DNA from: Octopus bimaculoides
Lineage: Eukaryota
Assembly (NCBI RefSeq): GCF_001194135.2
Contig: NC_068992.1
Location: 35,375,527-35,415,112, forward strand
Reading direction: 5' to 3'
DNA length: 39,586 nucleotides
Under the pieces are notes generated by a model. It made no database searches. It had not been told where the DNA came from and worked only from the letters and a program-made list of their open reading frames with translations. Below are positions 1 through 11,934 of the stretch, one piece after another. The position numbers and the translations under genes are program-made. Numbering within the stretch: the first letter of the stretch is position 1; every line of letters begins with the position of its first letter.

Positions 1-56
1 CTGATACCTTTGGATCTTCTTGACACCAATACCTCTCATACCTGTATATACATATA

Positions 57-59
<3 letters not shown>

Positions 60-133
<74 letters not shown>

Positions 134-138
134 AGGGA
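60..138. repeat. (GA)n microsatellite at the RTE 3' end
   Basis: Near-pure GA run ending in GAGG units, a few bases from the RTE 3' terminus. Confidence 0.95.
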
Positions 139-144
139 GAGTAG

Positions 145-939
145 GCATCTGTCGGTCTCGAGAGACCATGGATCTGTGCTCGAAAAAATCGTGTCACCTG
201 CTGATGATGCTGCAGGGTCTACTGTGGCTGTAGATACCCACACGGAAGTGGCAGTCACGCATACAGCGACTGCATTTAAAGGAACTCTCTGCCGACGCTA
301 CTAGATTTTCCTTCCATCGAATGTACTTTTCCTTGGTGGCGAGTTCTTGCTAAGTTCATCCCCTTTCGCAGAATTTGTCTCTAGCATGGACCATCGTATA
401 CGAACTCTCTTATCTCAGGTCGTCCAGATCAAACGACTTCATATCTCTGTTGCAGATGTCCTTGAAACGAAGATGAGGTCGTCCCTGTGTTCTTGTGCCG
501 GTGCCCATTTCCCCATACTTGAGGTATTTTGTGATCCTCCCGTCCGGAATACGATATAAATAACCGAACCAACGCAGACGACACTGCTGGAGCAGGATGA
601 GTATACTGGGTATCTTGGCGTCATTGATGATGTAGTCGGTCCACTTGATATCAAAGAAGCGTCTCAAATTCCAAACGTGGAAGATGCTGAGATGCCGCTC
701 CTCTCTGGAGTAGAGGCTCCAATTCTCACTGCCGTAAATAGCGTACTAAGGATGCACACCTTATACACAGCAATCTTGGTGTTTGCAGCCAGTTTTCTGT
801 TTTCCCAGACGCTATTTGTAGGCCTAGCAAATGTGGAGGATGCTTGTTCAATTCGCCTGCTGATCTCAGGGTCCAGGGAGAAGTCATCCGCGATTGTAGG
901 TCCGAGGTAGGTGAATTCATGTACTACCTCCAACTTGTA
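145..939 (-). mobile_element. RTE-clade LINE, 3' part (end of RT, C-terminus, 3' end), decayed
   Basis: Minus-strand translations EVVHEFTYLGPTI..SLDPEISRRIEQASSTFAR, QQCRLRWFGYLYRIPDGRITK.LKYGEM.TG.R.QGRPHLRFKDIC.RDMK are typical RTE ORF motifs; ends in ATGGTCTCTCGAGACCGACAGATGCC, an RTE-type 3' end. Frameshifts present. Confidence 0.92.
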
Positions 940-2107
940 TTAGGTTGTGAAGAAAGTTCCTGTGGAGGTTTTAATTTTGGTTTTGAATGATGTATTTTCA
1001 AATTAATTTTCGTAAAATTACTTCGACTTTATATATCATTTTAAAGGCCGTTTTTTGCTCTGTCTAATTGTGTTACACTTTTTCTCTTTCAATAATTAGG
1101 CCCTTTTTTCCGGAACGTTGAATACAACATGGACAAAAAGTAAATTCCCAAAACAGTCTTATTCCATTTCAAGCTAGGCCGAAAAGTTGGTGAAGCACAA
1201 TGGTGGTTCAAGAAATTTCGTAGCGGTGACGCGAGTCTTCAAGATGACAAGCGTAGTGGTCGGCCATCGGATGTTGACAACGATCAACTAAGAACCTTAG
1301 TCGAAGCCAATCCACGCACAACTGTTCGAGAGCTTGCTTCTGAATTAGACGTAACGTATACGACAATTTCCAACCACTTAAAAGAGATTGGAAAAACAAA
1401 AATACACGAACTGAACGACAACCAAATAAAACAACGCCGTTTTGAAGTGTTGTCTTCCCTTCTTTTACGCAACTAGAACGACCCGTTTCTCGACCGGATT
1501 GTGACTTGCGATGAAAAGTGGATTCTTTACGACAACCGGCAACGCTCAGCTCAGTGGTTGGACGNNNNNNNNNNNNNNNNNNNNNNNNNNNNNNNNNNNN
1601 NNNNNNNNNNNNNNNNNNNNNNNNNNNNNNNNNNNNNNNNNNNNNNNNNNNNNNNNGTCAACAAATGGATGAAATGCATAAAAAACTCCGACAACAGCCA
1701 GCATCGTTCAATAGAAAAGGACCAATTCTTCTCCACGACAACGCTCGGCCACACGTCGCACAACTGACCCTGCAGAAGTTGAACGAACAGGACTGAGAAA
1801 CTCTGCCTCATCCGCCAAACTCACCAGACCTCTCGCCTACCAACTACCACTTTTTCAAGTATCTCGACAACTTTCTGCGTGAGAAATGCTTCAAAAACCA
1901 GGACGATGCCAAACACGCCTTCAACGACTTCATCGCCACCAGAATGCAGGATTTTTACGCTACTGGCATAAATAAACTTGTTTCGCGTTGGCAAACGTGT
2001 GCTGATTCTTATGGTGTTTATATCGATTAATTAAGTGTTGTTTGAGCTGAGATATGTGCATCTGAATTTAAAAGTTTAAAACCGCAAGAACTTTCTTGAT
2101 AACCTAA
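940..2107 (+). mobile_element. Mariner DNA transposon (cecropia/Hsmar1-like), near full length, non-functional transposase
   Basis: TIRs TTAGGTTGTGAAGAAAGTTCCTGTGG (from 940) and reverse complement TTAGGTTATCAAGAAAGTTCTTGCGG (ending 2107); TA on both sides (938-939, 2108-2109); motifs VTCDEKWILYDN, LLHDNARPH, PPNSPDLSPTNYHFF; premature stops near 1140 and 1794; N-gap 1565-1656. Confidence 0.96.
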
Positions 2108-2109
2108 TA

Positions 2110-3625
2110 GTCGTTGATAATAATGGTGTCGGGTGCTTGACACATTGTCCCAGGACTTTGGTCTTCTTCAGACTGATAATCAGGTTGAAATCCTGACAGG
2201 CCTTTGAGATTTAGTCCCCAAGGTGCTGCATTTGCTCCTCAGAGTGATCTGTCAGTATTTTGTCGTCCACAAACAGCATTTGTTTCATGAGTGCCTGGCG
2301 CACCCAGGAATTTGCATTCAGCTTTGACAGACTAAACGGTTTACCATCTGATCTAGTGTGAAGGTAAGTACCAGCAGTTGATGTTGCAAATGCATGTTTC
2401 ACCACGACAGCAAAAAAGATGCCAAACAGGGTGTGGGTAAGTACATAAACCCTGCCTCACGCCGCTACGTATGTTGAATACCTCAAAAGAAGCGCGATCA
2501 AAATGAACGGTGCCTTTCATGTCCGCGCGAAATGATTGGACAATCCCGAGGAGTCTTAGCGGACAGCCAATCTTGACAAGGATTTTGAACAGGCCGTCTC
2601 TACTGACTTGGGCATAAGCCTTTGTGAGGTCAATGAATTTCATGAAAAGTGGTTGCCTTTGCTCTCTGTACTTCTGTAGCTGTCGGAGACAGAAGATCAT
2701 GTCGACGGGTGAGCGTTCTGATCTGAAACTACGCTGAGATTCTGGGTATACCCTCTAAGAGAGAAATTTTCTGCAGTGCATTTAGGACCACGCGGACAAA
2801 GATCATCCCGATGATGCTTAAGAGCGAGATGTCTCGATAAATATTGCAGTCGTTTTGACCCCTTTTTTTCTTGTAAAGAGTGACAATGTTCCAGTCTCTC
2901 ATGTCTTGCGGCACTGTTCCCTCCTTCCAGCAGTGGCACAATTGCTTCAGCTGGTTGTCTGTATTGTTTGTTTGCCTGTCTCTTCGTTTTTCTTTGTGTA
3001 ATATTTACAGTCCACGATTCAGGAGGATATTAGTTTCCCTAAGCCCATGCATTCAGTGGAGCAGGTGGGCTGTGACGAGACAAACCTAATTGGCTGGGGG
3101 CTTCCCAGCTTGAGGCGGGTGGTAGCTATTCAATGAGGCACAATAGCTTCCCCCTCCGTCGAAAGCAGACAGTGGCGCTGCGCTTACGCCAATAATGTGC
3201 AGGCTTAAAACTGCTACATTGCTGCTTTCTGTGTTTTTCATCGTGTTTAGAGAGCGCTGGAATGTCTTCTCCAAGACGCAGAGCTGGGCAGTTTTTCATT
3301 GGAGGTCAGAAATTGCCCATGAAGGACGTTTCCTCCCCTCTCAACCATCACCGGTGTTATCTAAGGGAAGGGTGGTGCCAATACGACATGATACCAGTGG
3401 GGTCGCAGCAGTTGCCAGAAACGAGGTTGTCTATAGCATTGAACTGCCTTAGAGACGCCGGCTCCGGATTTATCCTCAGTGTTATTATTATCACTGCCAT
3501 CTTAAGTGGATAAGGGTTTAAGATGGCAGCACAGCTAATAACGAGAGCTGCTTATTTGAATGGCTGCTCATCTGTCCTTTTGACAGCTCCTGTATTCAAT
3601 CCTGTAGGGATATCCGTATATATAT
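2110..3625 (-). mobile_element. RTE-clade LINE, 5' UTR plus RT core (endonuclease domain deleted)
   Basis: CWKEGTVPQDMRDWNIVTLYKKK, NIYRDISLLSIIG, MIFCLRQLQ..REQRQPLF..FIDLTKAY..VSRDGLFKIL.KIGCP, IRSGVRQG, MLFVDD (RTE FADD position). GC-rich structured 5' UTR about 3000-3625. Frame joins 145-939 once the mariner is removed. Confidence 0.92.
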
Positions 3626-3689
3626 AAAAAGCAAGATGTGTGTGTGTGTGTGTGTGTACGGGAACGTAATTTATGCACGTCCACAGGCG

Positions 3690-4445
3690 ATAGTTAGATG
3701 AGCCCAATCAGGAGAACGGGGAAGGAGATGAACAAGTTTAAAACCGCAGTCACCCACAGCAGCCATTGAATGTAAGGACTTGTGTGCTGGAGAATTGTCG
3801 TAATGAAAACAGACGTACGTCTTTTGTTAGCTTCCCTGGTTTTGATAGCCTTCCAGAACTGCCTCAGCAAGTTGACATAGGACACTCCACTCATCGTGTG
3901 CTCCTTATGATCTATTGTCGAAGGTCGTGATACACTCTGTGCACAAAACTTTGTCATGCCAATTACATAGTGCAGAATATTCACGACTCTCTCACGGAAT
4001 ATGATAATAGCAGTGGCTATTTGAATTGTAGTCAATCGCCTCTTATCCATCAATATGTAGTGAACCCAGTTAATATTTTCCTCGGTGGTGGCAGTTGCAG
4101 GACCTCCAGACCTTTGCTTATCTTCAAGACTCTCCCTTCCCCTATTAAATTCAGTTGTCCACTTTTGCAGTTAGAAAAGCTAGAGTGTTATCAACTAATG
4201 TAGCAACCATTTCATCTCGATAAACCCTTTTTCTGCAGGTATTGATAACACTGCAATGCCAAATGTTGTCCGTTTTCAAGAGAATTCGCTACTACTCACA
4301 CTTTTGAAGTCTTTGAATAATCAGATCTCAGCGTACCTGCAAAGAAACAGTACAGTCATTAATAAGAAGACTTGAAATTAATGCATGCAAGATTTCACAG
4401 TCTAGTATCACTTCTTCATATTCAGCCTATGAACTTTTCAGTATG
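3690..4445 (-). mobile_element. Mariner (irritans/Himar-like) internally deleted remnant
   Basis: Minus strand gives remnants of an MDKIWH..VIKYLQKKGL-type N-terminus, ESLED..RSG.PATATTEENI, MDKRRLT..QIA, ERVVNILH..IGM.K, YVNLLRQ..KAIKT; 5' non-coding part to about 4445. Confidence 0.8.
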
Positions 4446-7400
4446 CATTCCACCATATCATAGACGTTAAATTATTTCTAGCTTCTTAAGTAATACATGG
4501 AGTTGATAATAACATATTAAGCTCATAAAGAGAGTGTGTACTCAATACAGCGAAATACAACTAATGTCACCATACGAATATTAGAAGAGTTTAAAAAGAG
4601 GGAAAGCTACGAAATAAAATAAAATCACAGTAATTACTTTTGTATTCTAGATTTCTGAATTTAAACCACACCAGTCGCGGCACCACATAAAAGAAAAAAG
4701 TACAACTGGGTGTGTAAAGTGATTGTAAAAGTGTAGCTAATCGAAAATTTTATACACATATCGTATAGGAAATTTAAGATTTAACCGTTTGGAATGCTAA
4801 GAAATTTATTATTCATATTAAATTAATTCCCCTCAATACTTGTTTTAAGATGGTTCAAGAATTCGTATTCACAATTCATGTAAATATAGAGGGAAAAATT
4901 GGCAAATTATGAAACCATTAATAAATTATATCCGTTTGGATACTTTTTTAATCCGATTCAAGTGAATCCTGTCGTAGTTGTGCATGAAGTTGATAAACTG
5001 AAAAGACTTTTTGAGAAAAGCACATTAAGCTACATACATTCTTTTTTAAAGGCATTAGCAGATTATAAAGTTACTATCCATATCAACTCAAGAAGAATGA
5101 ATTTATCGATACATTGTTTGGGTTTAAGGGAATAAAAATTACTTAATGCACTACAAACACCTTAGTTGTGACTCAAATACCCTTATGGATTATATTATAT
5201 TTTGTTTCAGTATATTTTTCTGTGGGCATCATAGTAAATCGCCTTCTTTTCAGGACTATATAAACAGAACAGAAACTTTTAGTATCACCGCCAATCTGCT
5301 ATGACAGTTAGTGTTCCTCTAAGTATATTCACCTGATACTACTTCAATTTAAATTCACTTATTACATTTTCCTGTAGTTCAATTATCCGTGACCCATAGT
5401 TATGTGCCTGGATACGTTTTTCTTAAAGCACAAATATAACATAGTTTAAGCGTCATTTGACCACATCGAAGTTATCTAACTATTCTTATCACAGTAGCAC
5501 CAATACAGTAATAAACAATAGAAGTAGAAGAAATTGTACTCAGTAGAATAGGGATACTTAACGGCAATAGAAATTTACAGTCTTAAAATTTAGGTCTCTT
5601 TCATGATTATTCCAATAGCTGCCTTTGTATTTCAGTGAAACATATTTAACATGACGTCACATTAAAACAACTTATCCACCCTGTAAATAATATTCTATTT
5701 TATTCAAAATTATATCTGAGGGACAAACACAATTGGCAGTATAACCAAGAGAGCTACATAAGAACAAAATGAAATGTCACAAAATCCATGTTAACATTCG
5801 AATTTATGTAGTGAGTCAGAGGAAGTTCAGGAATTTACCATTTACTCTACCGTAACGGTTGAATTTTGACGTTGTTTAGAAGCACAGTTCTAAAGGAAAC
5901 TCTTTGAAATGTAAAGGAACCTACCATGAAGTGGTCTTTTCAGATAATGCTATAATACAACTGTTGCATCGACAATAACGAACTATTTAATTGTACTAAG
6001 TCTTGGCTAGCTACAAAGAGAAAAATAGTTCTTAGTAGTTCGTGAATACATTGAATCAGATTCAAAAGGATAGCACCTTATCTAACATATAAAAAAATAA
6101 ATCTGAAGTAAAATTTCATTGGCATAACCTATCGAAACACGGTTCCGCATCATTACAGGGATGATAAATTTCAAATGAAGAATTCTCTTTAAAAGGTTAG
6201 TTATAACTTCTAATTGCAAATTAAAGATAACCTCAATTTTTCTTTGACTATAGTGAAAGACTTGCCGATGCAGATTACTGCCACTCCCTATCAATTCTAT
6301 TGATAATTTCACTTTTGTTTACAGTCTTATTGAGTAGCTTTGTAATTCGTATTCTTTTCAGAACTATATAAGATTCATCAATTCTATTATTAGAAACTAA
6401 AAATGATGAACTGCTGTAGATCGTTTCCGTGGCTAAGTATCGTTTATAAAACCTCTGCTAACTCATCATTGATAATCTATATTTTGTCTATATTTCTTGC
6501 TCGCCATCAACTCCCTCAGGTTGAGATAGTCAAAATCAGTACTTTGCATTGATTCCTTTTTCTATATTAAATGATTACAAGCAACGTCCCGTTCAAAAAA
6601 AAATCCATTCTAATTTCAACTAAAAATAAACATTTTAAGCGACCATATATCACGAAAGGGCAAAGCTGAAAAAGATTATCGAATTCGATTTTATGACCGA
6701 TACTGTATGGTGCTATGAATATGTCTAGACGCATTGCTTTTAGTGTATATTTACTTTGCTAATAGCTGAACTACAACTGCTTCCCTCTTCATTTCTACCA
6801 CCAGAACAGTTGATCTCTGCTTTTTATGTTATTCAAAAAATAAATGAATTCAAAAATTAACATACTACTTCATATAATAAGCTACTATTTTTTTTTCGCT
6901 TTTAAAAATAATTAGAGACTATAGTACTTCTCCCATTCGTTCTCGGTCTATACATCTCTGTCAAATATTTATATTTTTCATTCTTTCCACCTGATTACGT
7001 AAAAACACCACAAGAAGAAAGTATTACGCTGTATATTAATTCACCCGAAAAATAAAGCAATTTTTGAACATTTTCAGTTAACGAAAGTGCTTATATTCTT
7101 TTGCACACACCCGCATCTATGAATATATAATACAAATATATTGCAAATAAGTACAAACTGAGATACGAAGATAAACGCAGCATTCTTCTTTGAATCCCTA
7201 CTATTCTTTCCAAACCGCTTTATCTCTCAGCAAAGAATAATAAATCCCTATTAAATTTGAACTATTCGATTATACATGTAATGCTTCTATACATCCTGAC
7301 TATTAGATTATCCCTTGAACATAAAAACGGGGTTGATAATGTGCTGCGTATTCAAATTATAAATCACATGTTGGCTAAGGAATTGGCTGTACAGAGCTCT

Positions 7401-7979
7401 GTAAATTAAAACTTACAAAACCAGAAAACATTTCCTCTCATGATGACTAACATGACTAGCGCAATGATAACTCTTATGAACATGCAAGTTTATTCTCTTC
7501 TACAGATGCTTCTACATATGTTAGCTGACACATCCCATCTCGGAGATTTTGCATTAGACCCCTTTTTACCCAAACTCTCTTTCCCCAGGAAAGTTTTTTC
7601 TTCTATATATTTTTTTCTTTTGCAGACATCAGTGCAGTCTTATTGAAACTAAACCTAAATTTCAATATTTTAATTCTTTCGACTTTGACGTTCAAATATT
7701 TTTTATAGTGTATGAGCGAAAAATTATGGACACCTATTCAAATATGGCATTTAAATTAACAGATATCAAATATGGGATTCGTGTCTCTCTTTCTTTGTCG
7801 GTCCCTTTGTTAATATATGCGCTTACATATCTATATCTATCTATGCCTACCTCTTCGTGCACCATTTGGGCAGTCAGTCATTACGCAATTTTAAAGCCCA
7901 ATCTAAACAGCGATGGGTTTGACTCTTTCGGAATTTAAACGTTAGTTTTCTATTCAAGCGTTTAGCATTATTGTCCCGC

Positions 7980-8054
7980 ATGTTTACGTTTTTCATAAAA
8001 TTGGTGGAATATTCCTTATTATTTTCTTATTTTGTTACAACACTTCTTGGTTAC
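7980..8054 (+). CDS. Candidate first coding exon (signal-peptide-like) of an unidentified host gene
   Basis: ATG at 7980, MFTFFIKLVEYSLLFSYFVTTLLGY, then strong donor TAC|GTGAGT (8055), phase 0. Hydrophobicity could also arise from AT-rich DNA. Confidence 0.3.
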
Positions 8055-8259
8055 GTGAGTGAGACTGGCATCTTGGGGAGCATCAGAGTGTTGAGTCTAT
8101 ATAAATTCTACCTTCGATAATATGATAGCAATATTTTTTTTATCTCTTCAGTATAAAATATGCATGGATATTTACAGAAAGTAACTCCTAATGATTAAAC
8201 TTTTGAATATGCTCTTTTGAATTATTTAAAGTTTGGGCAATGAAATTAATATTACATAG

Positions 8260-8514
8260 CTGGAGTCAACTGTAGGAGGGATTTGCCACGAAGAGCGCCA
8301 ACTAAACTATTCTCCAGTATTTGACTTGAAACCTCTACTTTCAAATCAGCCTGAAGAGTATTGTTATTTTTGGTGTAATCTCGACGATAAAATATTCTGG
8401 GTCTATAATTTTGTCGAGTATTTTACCTATAGAGTTGTTTTAGAAACTCATAACATTACATTGATATCAGAATTCCTGGTGCCAAGACAATCGTCCTTCT
8501 ACTTATGCATAGGA
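8260..8514 (+). CDS. Candidate coding exon, Cys/aromatic-rich extracellular-type peptide
   Basis: TAG|CTG acceptor, 85 stop-free codons LESTVGGICHEERQLNYSPVFDLKPLLSNQPEEYCYFWCNLDDKIFWVYNF...FYLCIG, donor GGA|GTTAGG; phase 0-0; in unique non-repeat DNA. Acceptor lacks a strong pyrimidine tract. Confidence 0.4.
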
Positions 8515-8989
8515 GTTAGGAACGAATCCAACATTTACATAACTAATGCATAAATATTTGCAAAACTATCAAAAATAATTGACAAGGCAACGGAGCTAGA
8601 ATTGTTTTTGATCAGGTAGTATATATAAAAAAGAGTTATTTGAAGAGAATTCAAAACAAACAATGGGTGAAGAGTTATTAGTATGGCGTTCTTCCGGTTT
8701 AATCTTACCAACAGTTAAAGGCAATACTACCTATATTTCTTGTAGCGATAGAAATAATCAACAGATATATATTCAGATACATTTTACCATTCCCTGAAAT
8801 TCTTTTTTATTTTTTTATATGTTCTCTCGAACACATTTTAGTATAATATGAGTCTGAACGTTATAAACTGTCGCACAAAACATACATTTTATTTATTGGA
8901 ATAGAATTTTAAGGTTCTACCCTTCTCACGCACAGTCAGACAGCCTCATATCAATATACATGTATACAAACATAATGATATGTACATAG

Positions 8990-9044
<55 letters not shown>

Positions 9045-9046
<2 letters not shown>

Positions 9047-10021
9047 AGAATAGAGTAATTTCATTCTCTTAACCGCGAAACGTCGTATCCAATTAACTAA
9101 AGGCAGGTTTGTTTTTGCTTTTCCCTCCGGTTTTTTGTTCTATGTGTGCCATAGATATCGACATCCGTTTAGAGAAAAATTTGTAGTTTAGAATCAGTAG
9201 TAGTTCGTTGACTGCTATTTCTAAATTTTCAGTATGTTGGAGAAGCAACTCAATTGCTAATCCCTGTATNNNNNNNNNNNNNNNNNNNNNNNNNNNNNNN
9301 NNNNNNNNNNNNNNNNNNNNNNNNNNNNNNNNNNNNNNNNNNNNNNNNNNNNNNNNNNNNNNNNNNNNNNNNNNNNNNNNNNNNNNNNNNNNNNNNNNNN
9401 NNNNNNNNNNNNNNNNNNNNNNNNNNNNNNNNNNNNNNNNNNNNNNNNNNNNNNNNNNNNNNNNNNNNNNNNNNNNNNNNNNNNNNNNNNNNNNNNNNNN
9501 NNNNNNNNNNNNNNNNNNNNNNNNNNNNNNNNNNNNNNNNNNNNNNNNNNNNNNNNNNNNNNNNNNNNNNNNNNNNNNNNNNNNNNNNNNNNNNNNNNNN
9601 NNNNNNNNNNNNNNNNNACTTATGTAATAATATTATAGGTTCTAAGATTGAGGTAACTGAGATTAATTCCAGGAGGTTAAAGTTTGAGGGTCCGAACGTG
9701 AGATTAAGGAATATAGTGTATCAGTGTAAGGTTAAGAGTGATACAGATGTTAGTGTTTATGTGGGTTGTTCTTCGGATAAGATTTGTAGGAGAATTTCTT
9801 GTCACTTTAATACGTTTAGAGATAGGAGTAAAATGGCTAGTACTAGTCTTAGTAGGTTTATTTGGGGGTTAAAAGAACAAAATAAGAACTTTTCGTTAGA
9901 ATGGTCTATTATAGGGAGGAATTTCCCATACGATAAGGGTAGGAGGTATTGCAACTTGTGCAATCTTGAATTGTTTTTTATTCTATTTTCTAAGCATAAA
10001 CTAATTAATAAACTAATATAT
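9045..10021 (+). mobile_element. Penelope-like element remnant: leader with partial hammerhead motif and GIY-YIG endonuclease
   Basis: After gap 9270-9617: NIVYQCKVKS...VYVGCSS.KI.RRI.CH..TF...SK..STSLSRFIWGLK...FSLEWSIIG...PY.KG.RYCNLCNLE.FFIL...LINK, a PLE-type GIY-YIG with C-x2-C; GAAACGTCGTA at 9077-9087. Confidence 0.85.
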
Positions 10022-10258
10022 TGTTACGAAAGCCCGCACGCGAAGCACCTCGTTAACGAAGATAGAACTCGCGCGCGCGCGAACGTCGACACTCAGTGAG
10101 TCGGGATACACGCCACGGCCACCAATAAACCCCGGCCGGAGCACGAAACGAAGAACAACAGGCAAAAGGAGGAGAAGAAGAAATAACACGGAGACCATAC
10201 GTTGGGTAGCGGAACTAACTTTTTCTTTTTACATCAAACATCAGAATAAAACATTACA
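10022..10258. mobile_element. CpG-rich LTR-like insertion truncating the PLE ORF
   Basis: Abrupt switch to GC/CpG-rich DNA beginning TGTTACG; contains AATAAA; possible end ...ATTACA at 10258; no target-site duplication found. Confidence 0.3.
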
Positions 10259-10467
10259 TCATCAATACATTGCATAACCATTCAAATTCAATAGCATATA
10301 ACAATAGAGCATGCAATATAATCAAAGGTTTACAATCATTACATAAGCAAGAGTTCGTACATCAAGTNNNNNNNNNNNNNNNNNNNNNNNNNNNNNNNNN
10401 NNNNNNNNNNNNNNNNNNNNNNNNNNNNNNNNNNNNNNNNNNNNNNNNNNNNNNNNNNNNNNNNNNN

Positions 10468-11872
10468 TGTATATATGCATATATGTGTGTATGTATGTAT
10501 ATGTGTGTGTATATGTAAATGTATATGTACATGTATATATATGTATATATGTATGTATGCGTATGTTTGTGTGGATGTGTTTATGACTTGTGAACTTTGC
10601 TTGTTTGTGTATGCATACATATACATGTGAGAGTGCACGTGTGTGCGTGCATGAACGTGTGTGCGCGCATGAACGTGTGTGTGTGTGTGTACGGACGCAC
10701 ACGCGGATGCATGTATGTAATAGTGTTCTATTTGCTAAACCTTTAAAAATTTTGTTCGGTTTTTGTAATTGTGAAATTTTTTCGCCATGAACAGTTTGTG
10801 TTTTTAAACGGAATGTATTTTTTCTGATGTTATACTTATTCCTGAATGATGTGTAAAGAAATTTTGATTTAAGTCTCTTAATGAATTCTTTATACTGAAA
10901 TATATATTGAAGAAGATAATTATGTTCATTTGAATTTATTCGTTTTTGCGTCGTAACTCTTTTATTATTATTATTATTATTATNNNNNNNNNNNNNNNNN
11001 NNNNNNNNNNNNNNNNNNNNNNNNNNNNNNNNNNNNNNNNNNNNNNNNNNNNNNNNNNNNNNNNNNNNNNNNNNNNNNNNNNNNNNNNNNNNNNNNNNNN
11101 NNNNNNNNNNNNTATATATATACACTCATGTGTTTGTGTGTGTGTGTGTGTGTAAAAATATCTATACGCATATATACATATGCACATAAGCATATATATG
11201 TTTATATATATATAATTATTAAAAAAACAGAGAAAAAGAAAAGAAATAACAACAGACGCTCAGAGAAGGAAATAAAGAGTGGTTGTTTTACGTTTCGAGC
11301 AAAGCTCTTCTTCGTGTGTGAGTGTGCGCGTGTGAGTGTGCGCGTGTGGTGAGTGTGTAGTATTAACTGCTTACATGTGTTTATGTAAGTAATCTGTATG
11401 TGTTTGTCAATGTCGTAGTGAGAGATCAGCAGCTATGGTGACAGGTATGTATGGGTGGTCGTCTGTTTGTGCACACGTGCGTAGATGGGATGGTCAGTAG
11501 TATTCGGGGCAGTAGAAGGCTGTTTGCGAGGCAGTCTGAAGGGCATGTGAGTGGGTGGGTGTCGATGTGTGTGTTAGTTGGCATGTGTACGTACACGAAT
11601 TGTGAATGTATGTTTGTGTGGTCATATGTATTTGTGCATGTGTCCCACTTTCTCTGTATCACTCCGTCTTTCTCTTTCTCGCTCTGTTTATGTATGTGTG
11701 TGAGTGTGAGTGTGTGCGTATGGGGATGTGTGTCTTTGCGCTGTGAGTGGGTGTTGAAGTGCATGTATAAGTGTGTATGTGTGTGCGTGTATATGTGTGC
11801 TGCATATGTGTTGTGTGTGTAGAGGTATTTGTACGTCCACACACATACATATATAAACATATATATATATAC

Positions 11873-11917
<45 letters not shown>

Positions 11918-11925
11918 CGTGCGTG
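10468..11925. repeat. Degenerate (TG)/(TA)/(TATG) simple-repeat region with (ATT)n and an N-gap
   Basis: Cryptic dinucleotide repeats, a pure (TG)n run at about 11875-11912, gap 10984-11112. Confidence 0.85.
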
Positions 11926-11934
11926 CACATTGAG

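Noticed and set aside
4239-4376. Apparent + strand terminal exon (TTTTCTGCAG|GT ATT GAT..., 45 codons)
   Set aside because: It is the antisense of the mariner 5' region (the minus strand gives IWH..VI..LQKKGL).
7417-7483. Minus-strand signal-peptide-like MFIRVIIALVMLVIMRGNVFWF with a GTAAGT donor
   Set aside because: No phase-compatible downstream exon found (candidates at about 6010 and 5427 give stops). Kept only as a weak alternative; a divergent gene cannot be excluded without RNA data.
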